A DNA stretch of 27,192 nucleotides from Candidatus Methanocomedens sp. (GTDB taxonomy: Archaea; Halobacteriota; Methanosarcinia; Methanosarcinales; Methanocomedenaceae), in the NCBI GenBank assembly GCA_013374385.1, contig QBUR01000192.1, positions 1 through 27,192 on the forward strand, read 5' to 3'. Under the pieces are notes generated by a model. That model searched no databases, was not told where the DNA came from, and worked only from the letters and a program-made list of their open reading frames with translations. The translations under genes and the position numbers were made by a program. This document shows, piece by piece, positions 18,622-27,192 of this stretch (the stretch's first letter is position 1; every line of letters begins with the position of its first letter).

Positions 18622-19335
18622 TCACCTCTTTCCTGTTCGCTTTGCAGCTATCGAACCGACCTTTCGGCCCGGTGGTGCTCTTCTACTCACTGTCGTGGGT
18701 CTTCCCGGATGCTGCCATCCTCCGCCACCAAATGGGTGGTTTATTGCGTTCATTGCAACACCACGTACCCGGGGATATTTTGCAGCCCTTGTTTTCAGCT
18801 TATGATATTTCTTTCCAGCTTTAACAAATGGTTTATCGGTCCTGCCACCGCCAGCCACCACACCGATGGTAGCCTTGCACAGTGGGCTCAACCATTTCAT
18901 CTCACCACTTGGAAGCTGCACTACACTCTTGCCCACATCATGAGCGACAAGCACAGCATATACACCGCTTGAGCGGGCGAACTGTCCGCCGTCTCCCGGT
19001 TTATTTTCAATGTTACATACCAGCACACCTTCAGGTATCTCTCCCAGAGGCAATGTATTACCTGCCTTGACCTCGGCAGATATCCCGCAGGAAATCTGCT
19101 GTCCGACTGCAATACCTTCAGGGACGAGTATCAGTCGTTCTTCCCCGTTATCCAGTTTCACCCTCGCAATGGGGGCAGATCTGGCAGTGTCATGCAGAAT
19201 CTCGATGACATCTCCAGTGACTGTTTGGTCTTTGTCTACCTTAATGTGTTTAAGTTCAGCTTTGAACCTGTGGGAGGGTGCCCGGTACGTGGGTGTCCCT
19301 TTTCCTCGGTTCTGTGAGATAATTCTCTTTCCCAT
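18622..19335 (-). CDS. rpl2p: 50S ribosomal protein uL2
   Basis: [32 protein letters not shown]...HPFGGG. Start refined to 19335. Confidence 0.98.
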   Translation of the reverse strand: MGKRIISQNRGKGTPTYRAPSHRFKAELKHIKVDKDQTVTGDVIEILHDTARSAPIARVKLDNGEERLILVPEGIAVGQQISCGISAEVKAGNTLPLGEIPEGVLVCNIENKPGDGGQFARSSGVYAVLVAHDVGKSVVQLPSGEMKWLSPLCKATIGVVAGGGRTDKPFVKAGKKYHKLKTRAAKYPRVRGVAMNAINHPFGGGGWQHPGRPTTVSRRAPPGRKVGSIAAKRTGKR

Positions 19336-19350
19336 ACCTTTCACCTCTCC

Positions 19351-19602
19351 TTAGAATATACCAAGTTTTGAGGCCAACTCACCAGCAGTAGTGTCACCTT
19401 CAAAGCTGACGATGGCCTTTTTCTTGCCTTTCATGGTTATCATGGTATTCACGCTAATAATGGGGATGTTGTAGAGTTTTTCTATCTCCCGCTTTATCTG
19501 TCCCTTGGTAGCGTTAATGTCCACTATGAACTGCAACTTATTGTTGTCCTCGATATGATAGGTCGCCTTTTCTGTGACAAAGGGATGTTTGATGGCAGAC
19601 AT
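19351..19602 (-). CDS. rpl23p: 50S ribosomal protein uL23
   Basis: IKHPFVTEKA, NKLQFIV, VNTMIT..G.KKA. Confidence 0.96.
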   Translation of the reverse strand: MSAIKHPFVTEKATYHIEDNNKLQFIVDINATKGQIKREIEKLYNIPIISVNTMITMKGKKKAIVSFEGDTTAGELASKLGIF

Positions 19603-20361
19603 CTACGCCACCCTCCCCAGTGCCTGTATGGCAGATTCTGTCCAGATGGCCAACCTGCCTGCATGGGTTCCCGGTGCCAGCAGTTCTGCGTTCAGCCTGT
19701 TAACCATTACCACATCCACTCCAGGCAAATTCCGTGCTGCCCGTACGATGCCGTTATCCTGGCCCACAATTATGAGCACGCTCTTAGGTCTCTTGTACTT
19801 GCGACCGCGTCTCTTGCCGCCGCCTGCCCTGATGTGCTTGCCGTTCTTGGCACGCATGACATCCTCGAACACATTGATAGTTTCCATGAAGCCTATAACG
19901 TCTTTTGTGGTCTGGACATCCTGGAACTCATCCACAGCAACTATGGGCAGTTCTGCATCGAACTTGTGCCCGCGCTGCTTTGTCAGTTCAACATTGCCAG
20001 TGGCCGCTATTGCCGAATTAATGGCTTTTAAGCGTTCTTTCTTATTGATCTTCTCAGAGTAATCTTTCTCCAACTTTGGTGGATGGGCTCTCCTGCCACC
20101 TCTTGCCTGGCATATCCGGGCAACCCTGTTGCCGTTCTTTATCCTTGGCACCCTGGCAGAACCTCTGCCTGGACCAGCATTATCTGCTGAAGTCTGCATA
20201 CCGGCATAAGGGGTAGGACCGTAAACCTGTAACCTGTTAGCCTGAGCCGCCAATACTGCTCTTTTAATCAGGTCCGGCCTGTAGCTCTCATTAAATACTT
20301 CAGGGAGCTCAATTTCACCTTTTTGTGCCCCTGTTAAATCCATGATTTTTGCCTTGCTCAT
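19603..20361 (-). CDS. rpl4p: 50S ribosomal protein uL4
   Basis: [50 protein letters not shown]. Confidence 0.97.
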   Translation of the reverse strand: MSKAKIMDLTGAQKGEIELPEVFNESYRPDLIKRAVLAAQANRLQVYGPTPYAGMQTSADNAGPGRGSARVPRIKNGNRVARICQARGGRRAHPPKLEKDYSEKINKKERLKAINSAIAATGNVELTKQRGHKFDAELPIVAVDEFQDVQTTKDVIGFMETINVFEDVMRAKNGKHIRAGGGKRRGRKYKRPKSVLIIVGQDNGIVRAARNLPGVDVVMVNRLNAELLAPGTHAGRLAIWTESAIQALGRVA

Positions 20362-20366
20362 TTATC

Positions 20367-21383
20367 TCACCCCTGTTTCGACTCCACACTGATATGTGAA
20401 ATCTGTGGCATACCTGTATTCTTGATCTTAGCCCTGATTGCTGGTCTTAACCTGATAAGACGCTTTTTAGGACCAGGCACACTGCCCTTGATGAGCAGAT
20501 ATTCGCCATTCACTTCTCCATAATTCAAAAACCCGCCTGCAGGAGTTACTTCTTCACCTTTCTCACCGATCTTGAGGATACGTTTATTATATTCTGTCCT
20601 CTGGTGATAGCCGGTCTGACCCAGTTGAGGTACCCTCCAGCTTACCCTGGATGGATTCCAGGGTCCGAGTGTACCTATCTGCCTGAGACTTCCCTGCCTG
20701 CTGTGCTTGCCTTTCATCAAATTAATATGCCATCTTTTAACAGGCCCCTGTGTGCCTTTGCCAATAGTGATGGCAGAGGTGTCCACAATATCGCCTGAGT
20801 TAAAAACGTCAGAAACAGTTACCGATTTACCAAGGATAGATTTGGCATATTCAAGCCTTGCTGCAACGTCTCCGCCAACAATCCTGTTCTCCATCACATC
20901 AGGTTTTTTCTTTGCTAACCCTGATATCTGGGATGGTAGTGTATAAGTAATTACGTGAATATTTTCCACCCTTCCCTCTTCTACCAGTTTATCTATACTG
21001 GCAAGAGCTTTGTCCGGTTTGGCTTTCTTTGGCCTGACCATTTTTCGATCCAGTGTTGGGTCAAGTTCGTTGGATAGAGCTTCACCCAGTATCTTTGTGC
21101 CATAGGGTCCTTTCTTGCCATACACCCTAATAGCTGCAATCTTCATGGCAGGTACTTCAAGCACCGTTACTGGCACTGATATTTCCATACCTGCTGTAAG
21201 GCTTTTCGGCTTATCATCCATCATTATCACATGGCTCATGCCGACCTTGTACCCTGCAAAACCGCCCATTTTGGGTTCTCCATCACTTTCGGACCATGAT
21301 CTTATCGTAGGTACCTGACTCTTTGCCCTTTTTCTGGGACTGAATGCCAGGGAACCTCGCCTTGGTCTGTGTACGTTTGCCAT
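20367..21383 (-). CDS. rpl3p: 50S ribosomal protein uL3
   Basis: [63 protein letters not shown]. Confidence 0.98.
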   Translation of the reverse strand: MANVHRPRRGSLAFSPRKRAKSQVPTIRSWSESDGEPKMGGFAGYKVGMSHVIMMDDKPKSLTAGMEISVPVTVLEVPAMKIAAIRVYGKKGPYGTKILGEALSNELDPTLDRKMVRPKKAKPDKALASIDKLVEEGRVENIHVITYTLPSQISGLAKKKPDVMENRIVGGDVAARLEYAKSILGKSVTVSDVFNSGDIVDTSAITIGKGTQGPVKRWHINLMKGKHSRQGSLRQIGTLGPWNPSRVSWRVPQLGQTGYHQRTEYNKRILKIGEKGEEVTPAGGFLNYGEVNGEYLLIKGSVPGPKKRLIRLRPAIRAKIKNTGMPQISHISVESKQG

Positions 21384-21448
21384 TGTTTACCTCCTTAATC
21401 TCCTGGAATATGCTTTATATCGCGATTTATTTCCGCCGCAACCTTACC

Positions 21449-22342
21449 TTACCTGACCAGGTTCAGCATTGACAGTGTGGCCCACACGGCTTCTTCTGTC
21501 CTTACGGTTGCTGTACCCTGTCCGGGTACGGTATTCAGTGTTTCACACTGATATTTTGAGAGGTCTGTACCCTCTCTTGCTAATATGGACTCCACGCCCT
21601 GTTTGGGTGAACCGAATACCACAACAGTATATGACTTTAACCTCGCTTGCTTGCCTAATTCCTCGAGGAACGGGGTATCAAGTACCCGGCCTTCCCGTGA
21701 GGTGGCCAATATCAGGGCATCCTGTCCGGATATTCTATCCAGTGCCCCTGCAAGGCTGTCTTCAATTGCTGTCCGGTATCCCCAGTACACAGGGATATTG
21801 TCCGTTTCTACAAGTTCAACTTGTATCGGTCGTCGCGAAAAGATCCTGACATTAACACGTTCGCCCATTCGCACCTTCCCTGAGGAAGGTTTGAGGGGAA
21901 CCGGGCTATCTACACCGATATCGACCCATGTGATTGTGTCAGATCCGACTTTTGTCTCGCTCTTCTTAGGTCCTGGGACCACGACCCCAACGCGGAATTC
22001 TCCATCAGTGAGGTCAGATGATTTTGATGCTATTGGATGATGTGCTGTACGCAGCGGAGGTAATATTCCGGCGTACTTCAGCTCCTTCCGGAGTGGAAAC
22101 AGGTGTTTGCGCAGATACTGGGGGGTTTCTGCATACCGCAGCAGCAAATCTATAAACCTGCTGTCATCGAACTGCGAATCCCGGTAGATAATAATATTAC
22201 CGACCCGAAACACCGATGCCGCCCTCGCGATCTGGCCGACCTTGTATGCCCTTATTCTCTCATCCTTTGTCTCTGATGTCAGGGATGAAGGTATAAGTAT
22301 TGTCAGGTTTGACCGTGGTTTAACCGCTTGTGAAGGTATCAT
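21449..22342 (-). CDS. SPOUT-family RNA methyltransferase (DUF171 / C9orf114-like)
   Basis: ILIPSSL, KVGQIARA..VFRV, ETPQYLRK.LFP, YAGILPPL, VVFGSP..G, PGQGTATVRTEEAV; canonical position upstream of rpl3. Confidence 0.9.
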   Translation of the reverse strand: MIPSQAVKPRSNLTILIPSSLTSETKDERIRAYKVGQIARAASVFRVGNIIIYRDSQFDDSRFIDLLLRYAETPQYLRKHLFPLRKELKYAGILPPLRTAHHPIASKSSDLTDGEFRVGVVVPGPKKSETKVGSDTITWVDIGVDSPVPLKPSSGKVRMGERVNVRIFSRRPIQVELVETDNIPVYWGYRTAIEDSLAGALDRISGQDALILATSREGRVLDTPFLEELGKQARLKSYTVVVFGSPKQGVESILAREGTDLSKYQCETLNTVPGQGTATVRTEEAVWATLSMLNLVR

Positions 22343-22373
22343 CTATACTTTCCGCTTAGGATAAGAGTAGAGG

Positions 22374-22410
22374 TATATAAGTGTTTGGCACACGGGCAGT
22401 AATCTTATAA
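22374..22410. promoter_or_regulatory. Divergent TATA-like boxes: CTTATATA (minus, 22381-22374) for the SPOUT/r-protein operon and CTTATAA (plus, 22404-22410) for the Zn-ribbon/YunC unit
   Basis: Consensus-like boxes about 32-40 nt upstream of ATG 22342 and ATG 22446. Confidence 0.5.
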
Positions 22411-22445
22411 CCTATAATAGAATTCTGTTAATTGAGGTAATTAAT

Positions 22446-22603
22446 ATGTGTTTTGTTGATTCGAGTACTGCTGATAGTGTTGACATGAGTGGCGCGGCTA
22501 TGTCAGGTTATGAATGTAATGCTTGCGGTAATAAATTCAAGGGTATGGGCTCCAAACTGTCCTGTCCAACCGCCAGTCCACTGACCTTAAGAAGATAGAT
22601 TAA
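22446..22603 (+). pseudogene. Small Zn-ribbon protein gene with a 1-nt frameshift (pseudogene or sequence error; not in the ORF track)
   Basis: SD GAGGT at 22434-22438 and ATG 22446 give MCFVD...YECNACGNKFKGMGSKLSCPT, then a frameshift. Inserting T after 22571 restores CQSTDLKKID* (TAA 22601-22603), completing CxxC...CxxC. Confidence 0.75.
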
Positions 22604-22605
22604 AT

Positions 22606-22893
22606 ATGCTCATCGAACCCATTAAACTTGAAAATGGCACCGCTGTAGGATTAAAAATGGATATGGAACATGCTCCATTACTGGTCATTAAGGCACCGAA
22701 AGGTTTTGTCATGTGCGGTTACCTGAACATTGATACAGCCCAGCGGCTGGATGACGTGGCCGTAAAAGTAACAGGTGTTGGCAGTTTTGATGATGTACTG
22801 GCAGCCACTGTGGTAGAATCCACAACAGCCGCACAAAACTTAGGAATTCAAGAAGGAATGACCGGACAGGCAGCACTGGAACTCATGTTTTAG
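22606..22893 (+). CDS. YunC / DUF1805 family protein
   Basis: APLLVIKAPKGFVMCGYLN, VTGV.SFDDVL.A.V...T.AA..LGI..GMTG..ALE.M. Confidence 0.88.
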   Translation: MLIEPIKLENGTAVGLKMDMEHAPLLVIKAPKGFVMCGYLNIDTAQRLDDVAVKVTGVGSFDDVLAATVVESTTAAQNLGIQEGMTGQAALELMF

Positions 22894-23000
22894 CAGCTGC
22901 CGTTTACAAAATCAATCATTATGGATGGAAGTAATAGCTTTATCTTATAGCTATACCCGCAGCTCTGCTGCGGTTGGATGTGCCGTCGCAACTTTTGACT

Positions 23001-24779
23001 CTATTCCAATGCATAATAATATTCACCCGTAGATTTTTGCTGCCGATCCAGTTTAGAACCAGGTTTGTTCACCCTTGGCCTTCTGGTCTCGTCATCCCGC
23101 CTAAAAGTAATATTCAGGTTCTTTAAAAACAGGTTCATACCTTCACGCATATCAAATGGCCCGTGGACCTCACCTATTACTCCCGGTTGTCCCTCAAACA
23201 CCACAAGCCTCTCGGACAGCATGTCAATCATATATATATCGTGGTCAACTACCATGGCAGTCACGTTATTATTCTCAGCAAACCGCCGGATAACCCTGGT
23301 TGCCAGGGCACGTTGTTCCACATCCAGGTGTGCACTGGGCTCGTCAAAAATATACAGATCAGCATTCTTGCCAAGACAGGCAGCAATGGCAGCACGCTGC
23401 AATTCACCGCCCGATAGTTCAGTCAGCAGCTGGTCCATAAAGCCGTCCAGCTGTAGTGGCTTGATTATCTCAGTCTGGTAATAACTGGTATCGAATTTTG
23501 TGTTAATACCACGCAGGAAGTTCCTTACTTTTACTGGATAGTCCCCTTTCAAGTACTGGGGCTTGTACGCGATGGTAAGTTCAGTATCGAGATTGCCTGT
23601 TGTTAGTGTTTCTTCGCCAGCCAAAATTTTGACAAATGTGGTTTTTCCGATCCCATTTGGTCCCACAATGCCTATGACCTCACCCTTTTTTATCTCACTG
23701 CCAAGCGTATCATTTCCAACCACCAGTTCGAACCCGTCATCACCGTATTTCTTGGTGAACCTGCTGAATTTAAGCAAGGTGGGAATGTCCTTTTGTTCCC
23801 GAGGCGGATGCTCCTCAAACTCGATGGGTTCGATGCGCAATCGTACGTTCTCCTCTGCCAGAAAACCATGCAGGTACTGGTTGATAGCTACCCTCACACC
23901 TTTTGGCTGGGTGATTACTCCATAACCGGCAGGAATACCATAGGCTATATGTACGGTATCTGCCAGCTGGTCCAGCAGTGCCAGGTCATGTTCTATTACC
24001 ATCACTGCACTGGTGTCTGCCAGTTCATGAATAATACGTGCCGAATTGATGCGCTGATATATGTCAAGGTAAGGACTAATCTCGTCAATAAAATAGAAAT
24101 CAGCTTCCCGGCTTACACATGCTGTCAGTGCCACCCTTTGAAGTTCACCTCCAGATAGGTCTTTAATGTCCCTGTCCAACACATGCTCGATCTCAAGCCT
24201 GCTGGCCATTTCGTCCATGATACCCCGCTCATCGGCCTTATTGAGCAGTTGTGATACTTTCCCTTTCACTGCTTTGGGGATGTTGTCTACATACTGCGGT
24301 TTATGGGATGCTTTGATATTACCTTCTGAGAGGGTCTTCATATATTCGTACATGCCTGAGCCGGAATATATTTCCAGCACTTCGTCCCAGGTAGTGTCGT
24401 CTTTACCCAGGTTAGGCATCATGATACCGCTTAAGATATTGACGGTCGTTGATTTTCCCACTCCGTTGGGGCCAAGGATGCCTGTGACCTTGCCATGTAC
24501 CGGTGTAGGCAGCCCGTACAGCGCAAACCCGTTGACTCCATACCTGTGCACAGGGTTATCCAGTTCCTCGGGCAGCCCTATGATCATAATTGCATTAAAA
24601 GGACATTTTTTGATACAGATTCCACAGCCTACACAGAGTTCTTCTGATATTACGGCCTTGCCATCCTCACCAATAACTACGGTCTCGTCTCCGGTACGTA
24701 CCCTGGGACAAAAATTAATACATTCGTGACCGCATTTCTTGAACTGGCACCTGTCCTTATTAACTATGGCTATCCTCAC
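23001..24779 (-). CDS. rli1: ABCE1/RLI1 ribosome-recycling ATPase
   Basis: N-terminal 2x[4Fe-4S] domain (CQFKKCGHECINFCP; CVGCGICIKKCP), two NBDs (GPNGVGKST, GPNGIGKTT, LSGGELQR twice) and C-terminal RPRVNK.GS.LD..QK..GEYYY. Confidence 0.98.
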   Translation of the reverse strand: MRIAIVNKDRCQFKKCGHECINFCPRVRTGDETVVIGEDGKAVISEELCVGCGICIKKCPFNAIMIIGLPEELDNPVHRYGVNGFALYGLPTPVHGKVTGILGPNGVGKSTTVNILSGIMMPNLGKDDTTWDEVLEIYSGSGMYEYMKTLSEGNIKASHKPQYVDNIPKAVKGKVSQLLNKADERGIMDEMASRLEIEHVLDRDIKDLSGGELQRVALTACVSREADFYFIDEISPYLDIYQRINSARIIHELADTSAVMVIEHDLALLDQLADTVHIAYGIPAGYGVITQPKGVRVAINQYLHGFLAEENVRLRIEPIEFEEHPPREQKDIPTLLKFSRFTKKYGDDGFELVVGNDTLGSEIKKGEVIGIVGPNGIGKTTFVKILAGEETLTTGNLDTELTIAYKPQYLKGDYPVKVRNFLRGINTKFDTSYYQTEIIKPLQLDGFMDQLLTELSGGELQRAAIAACLGKNADLYIFDEPSAHLDVEQRALATRVIRRFAENNNVTAMVVDHDIYMIDMLSERLVVFEGQPGVIGEVHGPFDMREGMNLFLKNLNITFRRDDETRRPRVNKPGSKLDRQQKSTGEYYYALE

Positions 24780-24801
24780 AGAGATTACACCTCAAAATGG
24801 T

Positions 24802-25257
24802 TCAAAGGGGAGGGTTGAGCAGTAGTGTCCAGACCACAAGCCAGAAAATGACAGCCATGAACTCAACATAGAACCAGTCCTTTTTGCCGAATTCTTTAAT
24901 GTCCAGTCCTATTAATGGGTATACTATGCGCTGGCCATAGTATGAGAAAATTATCACAAAGACTATGATAGAGAACCAGGGATATTCAGTACCATCTTCC
25001 ATGCTAATAAGACTGATAAATCCGGCAACTGTCCCTATTAAAGCTGGAACTACCGTCTTTACAATTCCTTCTTTATGGAGCTTTGTCTTCTCCTCTGGTG
25101 TCTTTTCTATGGGCTGGGCGGGTTTTGGTGTGGACTGAGTGTCTACTGACTTTTGCTTTGAAACTTTCTCACGCTCGGCCAATACCTGCTGCTGGCCCGC
25201 TGATTCCTTGGCCCGCTCCCAGAATCCTTTATTTGCACCTTTGGTCTTTTTGCTCAA
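24802..25257 (-). CDS. EMC6-like archaeal membrane protein
   Basis: Charged N-terminus, three hydrophobic segments, and C-terminal KDWFYVEFMAVIFWLVVWTLLLN, which I recall as the archaeal EMC6-like pattern. It sits just upstream of ABCE1. Confidence 0.6.
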   Translation of the reverse strand: MSKKTKGANKGFWERAKESAGQQQVLAEREKVSKQKSVDTQSTPKPAQPIEKTPEEKTKLHKEGIVKTVVPALIGTVAGFISLISMEDGTEYPWFSIIVFVIIFSYYGQRIVYPLIGLDIKEFGKKDWFYVEFMAVIFWLVVWTLLLNPPL

Positions 25258-25341
25258 TGGTTTTTACTCCATAAATACGATTTGACTTAATAGACTTCGG
25301 ATACCTTATATGCTTAACTGTATTAAAACCGGGTTGCTTTT

Positions 25342-26223
25342 TCAGTGGAATATCATGGTCCCTATACCCTGGTCTGTGAACAGTTCCAGCAATATGCTGT
25401 GGGACTTGCTGCCGTCAATGATATGTATTTTTTCCACACCCTTTTCCACCGCACTCGCTGCTGAGAGTACTTTTGGAATCATTCCCCCGGCAATGGTACC
25501 GTCCCCGATCATGTCCTCGATATTCTCTAACTTTATACGTGAGATGCGGGTGGATTCGTCGTCAGGGTCCCGCAGCACACCTGGCACATCTGTCATGAGT
25601 ATGAGTTTCTTGGCCTGCATTGCTGCAGCTATGTCGCCGGCCACGGTATCGGCATTGATGTTCAGGCTGTTGCCATGCTCATCCACTGCAATAGGTGCAA
25701 CGACCGGGATGTAACCCTTGCCTGCCGCCATTATGAGTATCTCCGGATTGATGACTTCGACATCACCCACCCAGCCCAGGTCCACGTCATGCTCCCTGCC
25801 CTCTACGGTGACGCGCTGGAGGGCTTTCTTCCTGGCCATGATGAGCCTGCCGTCCTTGCCTGATAGCCCCAGTCCCTTACCGCCATAGGTACCGATGGCC
25901 GATACGATGCGGGTGTTTATGTTACCCACCAGTACCATGCGGGCTATTTCCATGGTTTCGTCGTCGGTGATGCGCAGTCCTGCCACGAATTCGCTTTTCT
26001 TTCCCATCTGTTCCATTTTCTGGGTTATCTCGGGACCGCCGCCGTGTACGATGATGGGATGGATGCCTACATACCGCAGAAGTACTACGTCCTGCACAAT
26101 GTCTTCCATGAGCCCGGTGTCCACCATGGCATGTCCTCCTACCTTGATGACCATGATTGAGTCGTGGAATTCACGGATATAGGGGAGGGCTTCTATCAAT
26201 ATCTGCTCGCGGCTGGGGTTCAT
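25342..26223 (-). CDS. argB: Acetylglutamate kinase
   Basis: EALPYI..F, VIKVGGHAM, VHGGGPEI, GLRITD, NINADTVAG, GGMIPKV, LLELFTDQGIGT. Confidence 0.97.
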   Translation of the reverse strand: MNPSREQILIEALPYIREFHDSIMVIKVGGHAMVDTGLMEDIVQDVVLLRYVGIHPIIVHGGGPEITQKMEQMGKKSEFVAGLRITDDETMEIARMVLVGNINTRIVSAIGTYGGKGLGLSGKDGRLIMARKKALQRVTVEGREHDVDLGWVGDVEVINPEILIMAAGKGYIPVVAPIAVDEHGNSLNINADTVAGDIAAAMQAKKLILMTDVPGVLRDPDDESTRISRIKLENIEDMIGDGTIAGGMIPKVLSAASAVEKGVEKIHIIDGSKSHSILLELFTDQGIGTMIFH

Positions 26224-26269
26224 GATTGTAGGTGCTCCTGACTTTTTTGGGATTATATGTATTGGAAGG

Positions 26270-26276
26270 ATATAAA
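26270..26276 (-). promoter_or_regulatory. TATA box for argB
   Basis: TTTATAT on the minus strand, about 47-53 nt upstream of ATG 26223. Confidence 0.45.
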
Positions 26277-26327
26277 GGGCACGAAAATTGGATTAATTGG
26301 ATAATTTCCTAAAAATGCCAAAATGTT

Positions 26328-26486
26328 TCAAACCAAGTTAAGCCATTCCTCTCGTGTAATCTTAGCATCGTTTATAATTTTTCTGATCATCCCTTTGCCA
26401 ATATCCTCACCTGGATGAACAGTAATAATAGTGGTCCGTCCATCAAGATGACGCATAAACAGATGGCTTCCTTTTTGTCTTATCTG
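26328..26486 (-). pseudogene. hicA: HicA-family toxin, 5'-truncated remnant (not in the ORF track)
   Basis: Manual translation QIRQKGSHLFMRHLDGRTTIITVHPGEDIGKGMIRKIINDAKITREEWLNLV* has the HicA RQKGSH motif. An in-frame TGA lies a few codons upstream and the N-terminal helix is missing. Confidence 0.85.
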
Positions 26487-26562
26487 GCACTGTTCCAAAA
26501 ATCAGTTATTTTGTTGATACCGACTTTTGGTAAAATCTGTGTTCGTATATACACTTTAGTGC
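26486..26562. mobile_element. IS6-family (IS26-like) terminal inverted repeat and short end remnant
   Basis: GGCACTGTTCCAAA (26486-26499) matches the IS26 TIR GGCACTGTTGCAAA at 13/14 and sits exactly at the hicA breakpoint. Confidence 0.65.
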
Positions 26563-27185
26563 AAGAATAAGATTGAGCTTGAGGTGGATGAGAAGGATCT
26601 GGACGGAAGACGCAAGAAGTTTGGTTTTTTTGCGTTGTTCACTCATAGTGATTTAGCGCCTACTGAGATAATAAAGATCTATAAGAGCAGAGATACGGTG
26701 GAAAAAGGGTTTTTGGAATTGAATACGGATTTTAGTGTCTGTCCGATACGTCACAGCAAGGATAGACGAATTGAAACATATACAATATTTACTATTTATG
26801 GTTATTTCTTCGTTTCTCTATTGCGGGCGATTCTCAAGGGTAAGGGAGTGGAATATTTATTTCGTGAGCTGCTCTATACGATAAAATCGGGACGGTCTGT
26901 GGTTGGTTATTACGAACATGAAGCATTCAAGGATAAGCGACTTTATGTTGATCGTCCGATCAAGATGAATGATGAATTGTCGCAAATCTTCAGAATCTTA
27001 AAAATCAAGATGCCGAGGTATGATTTGAAGCTAGAACCTTACACCTACAGTTTGAAATAACTGGAAAATGGCTGATTTCGGGTGGGTCGACTGATGGTGG
27101 TTTTGAAGTGGTTTAGCTTTAGCGTTTTTATGTTTTTGAGTGAAATCGAATGGGTGCGGATGTTTTTTGGTCTCTCGAAGTTGAG
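26560..27185 (+). mobile_element. IS1634-like (IS4-related DDE) transposase C-terminal fragment with a candidate right end
   Basis: GFFALFT...IIKIYKSRDTVEKGF (YxxRxxxE), PIRHSKDRRIE. The frame is closed upstream by TAG 26557-26559 and the ORF ends at 27060. A possible end is CTCGAAGTTGAG at 27174-27185. Confidence 0.7.
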
Positions 27186-27192
27186 ATGTAAT

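Noticed and set aside
21413-21420. TATA-like ATATAAAG/CTTTATAT upstream of rpl3
   Set aside because: It is plausible as an internal promoter, but the orientation is ambiguous and the implied TSS falls on the SD, so I did not call it.
22560-22580. Programmed frameshift in the Zn-ribbon gene
   Set aside because: There is no slippery heptamer, homopolymer or obvious downstream stimulator.
26515-26559. Pyrrolysine-type TAG read-through at 26557-26559 to extend the transposase
   Set aside because: Read-through gains only about 14 codons before TGA at 26515-26517 and runs into the IS6-like end.
1-27192. CRISPR arrays, rRNA genes, tRNA introns, integrases
   Set aside because: None were seen on either strand.

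Overview
Archaeal chromosomal window, most consistent with Methanosarcinales or a related Methanomicrobia lineage. That placement is inferred from the bacterial-type Adk with a CxC...CxxC LID, the absence of eL34/eL14/aIF1 from the operon, the uS3 tail and strong GAGGTG Shine-Dalgarno sites. About 17.5 kb (4828-22342, minus strand) is the canonical archaeal S10/spc ribosomal-protein superoperon: SPOUT MTase, L3, L4, L23, L2, S19, L22, S3, L29, Rpp29, S17, L14, L24, S4e, L5, S14, S8, L6, L32e, L19e, L18, S5, L30, L15, secY, adk, DUF106, cmk, cbf5, then tRNA-Ser(GGA). Left of the tRNA are a hypothetical gene, radB and DUF2240, then a small accessory cluster: a radical SAM activase-like gene, a decayed methyltransferase, an atypical ferredoxin and a Fic protein. 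Right of the operon are a frameshifted Zn-ribbon mini-gene, YunC/DUF1805, ABCE1, an EMC6-like membrane protein and argB. The window ends in a mobile-element scar made of a truncated hicA, an IS26-like (IS6 family) terminal repeat and an IS1634-like transposase fragment. The window is mostly housekeeping and I see no clear new multi-gene system. The best leads are (i) the Fic gene, whose transposase-like N-terminal module and 12-bp inverted repeat around its own promoter suggest a self-regulated unit, (ii) a duplicated 4-His motif in the uS3 tail, (iii) the frameshifted Zn-ribbon gene, (iv) a 17-bp hairpin between rpl15 and secY and (v) the nested IS scar. Family assignments come from motif recognition by eye; no database searches were run.
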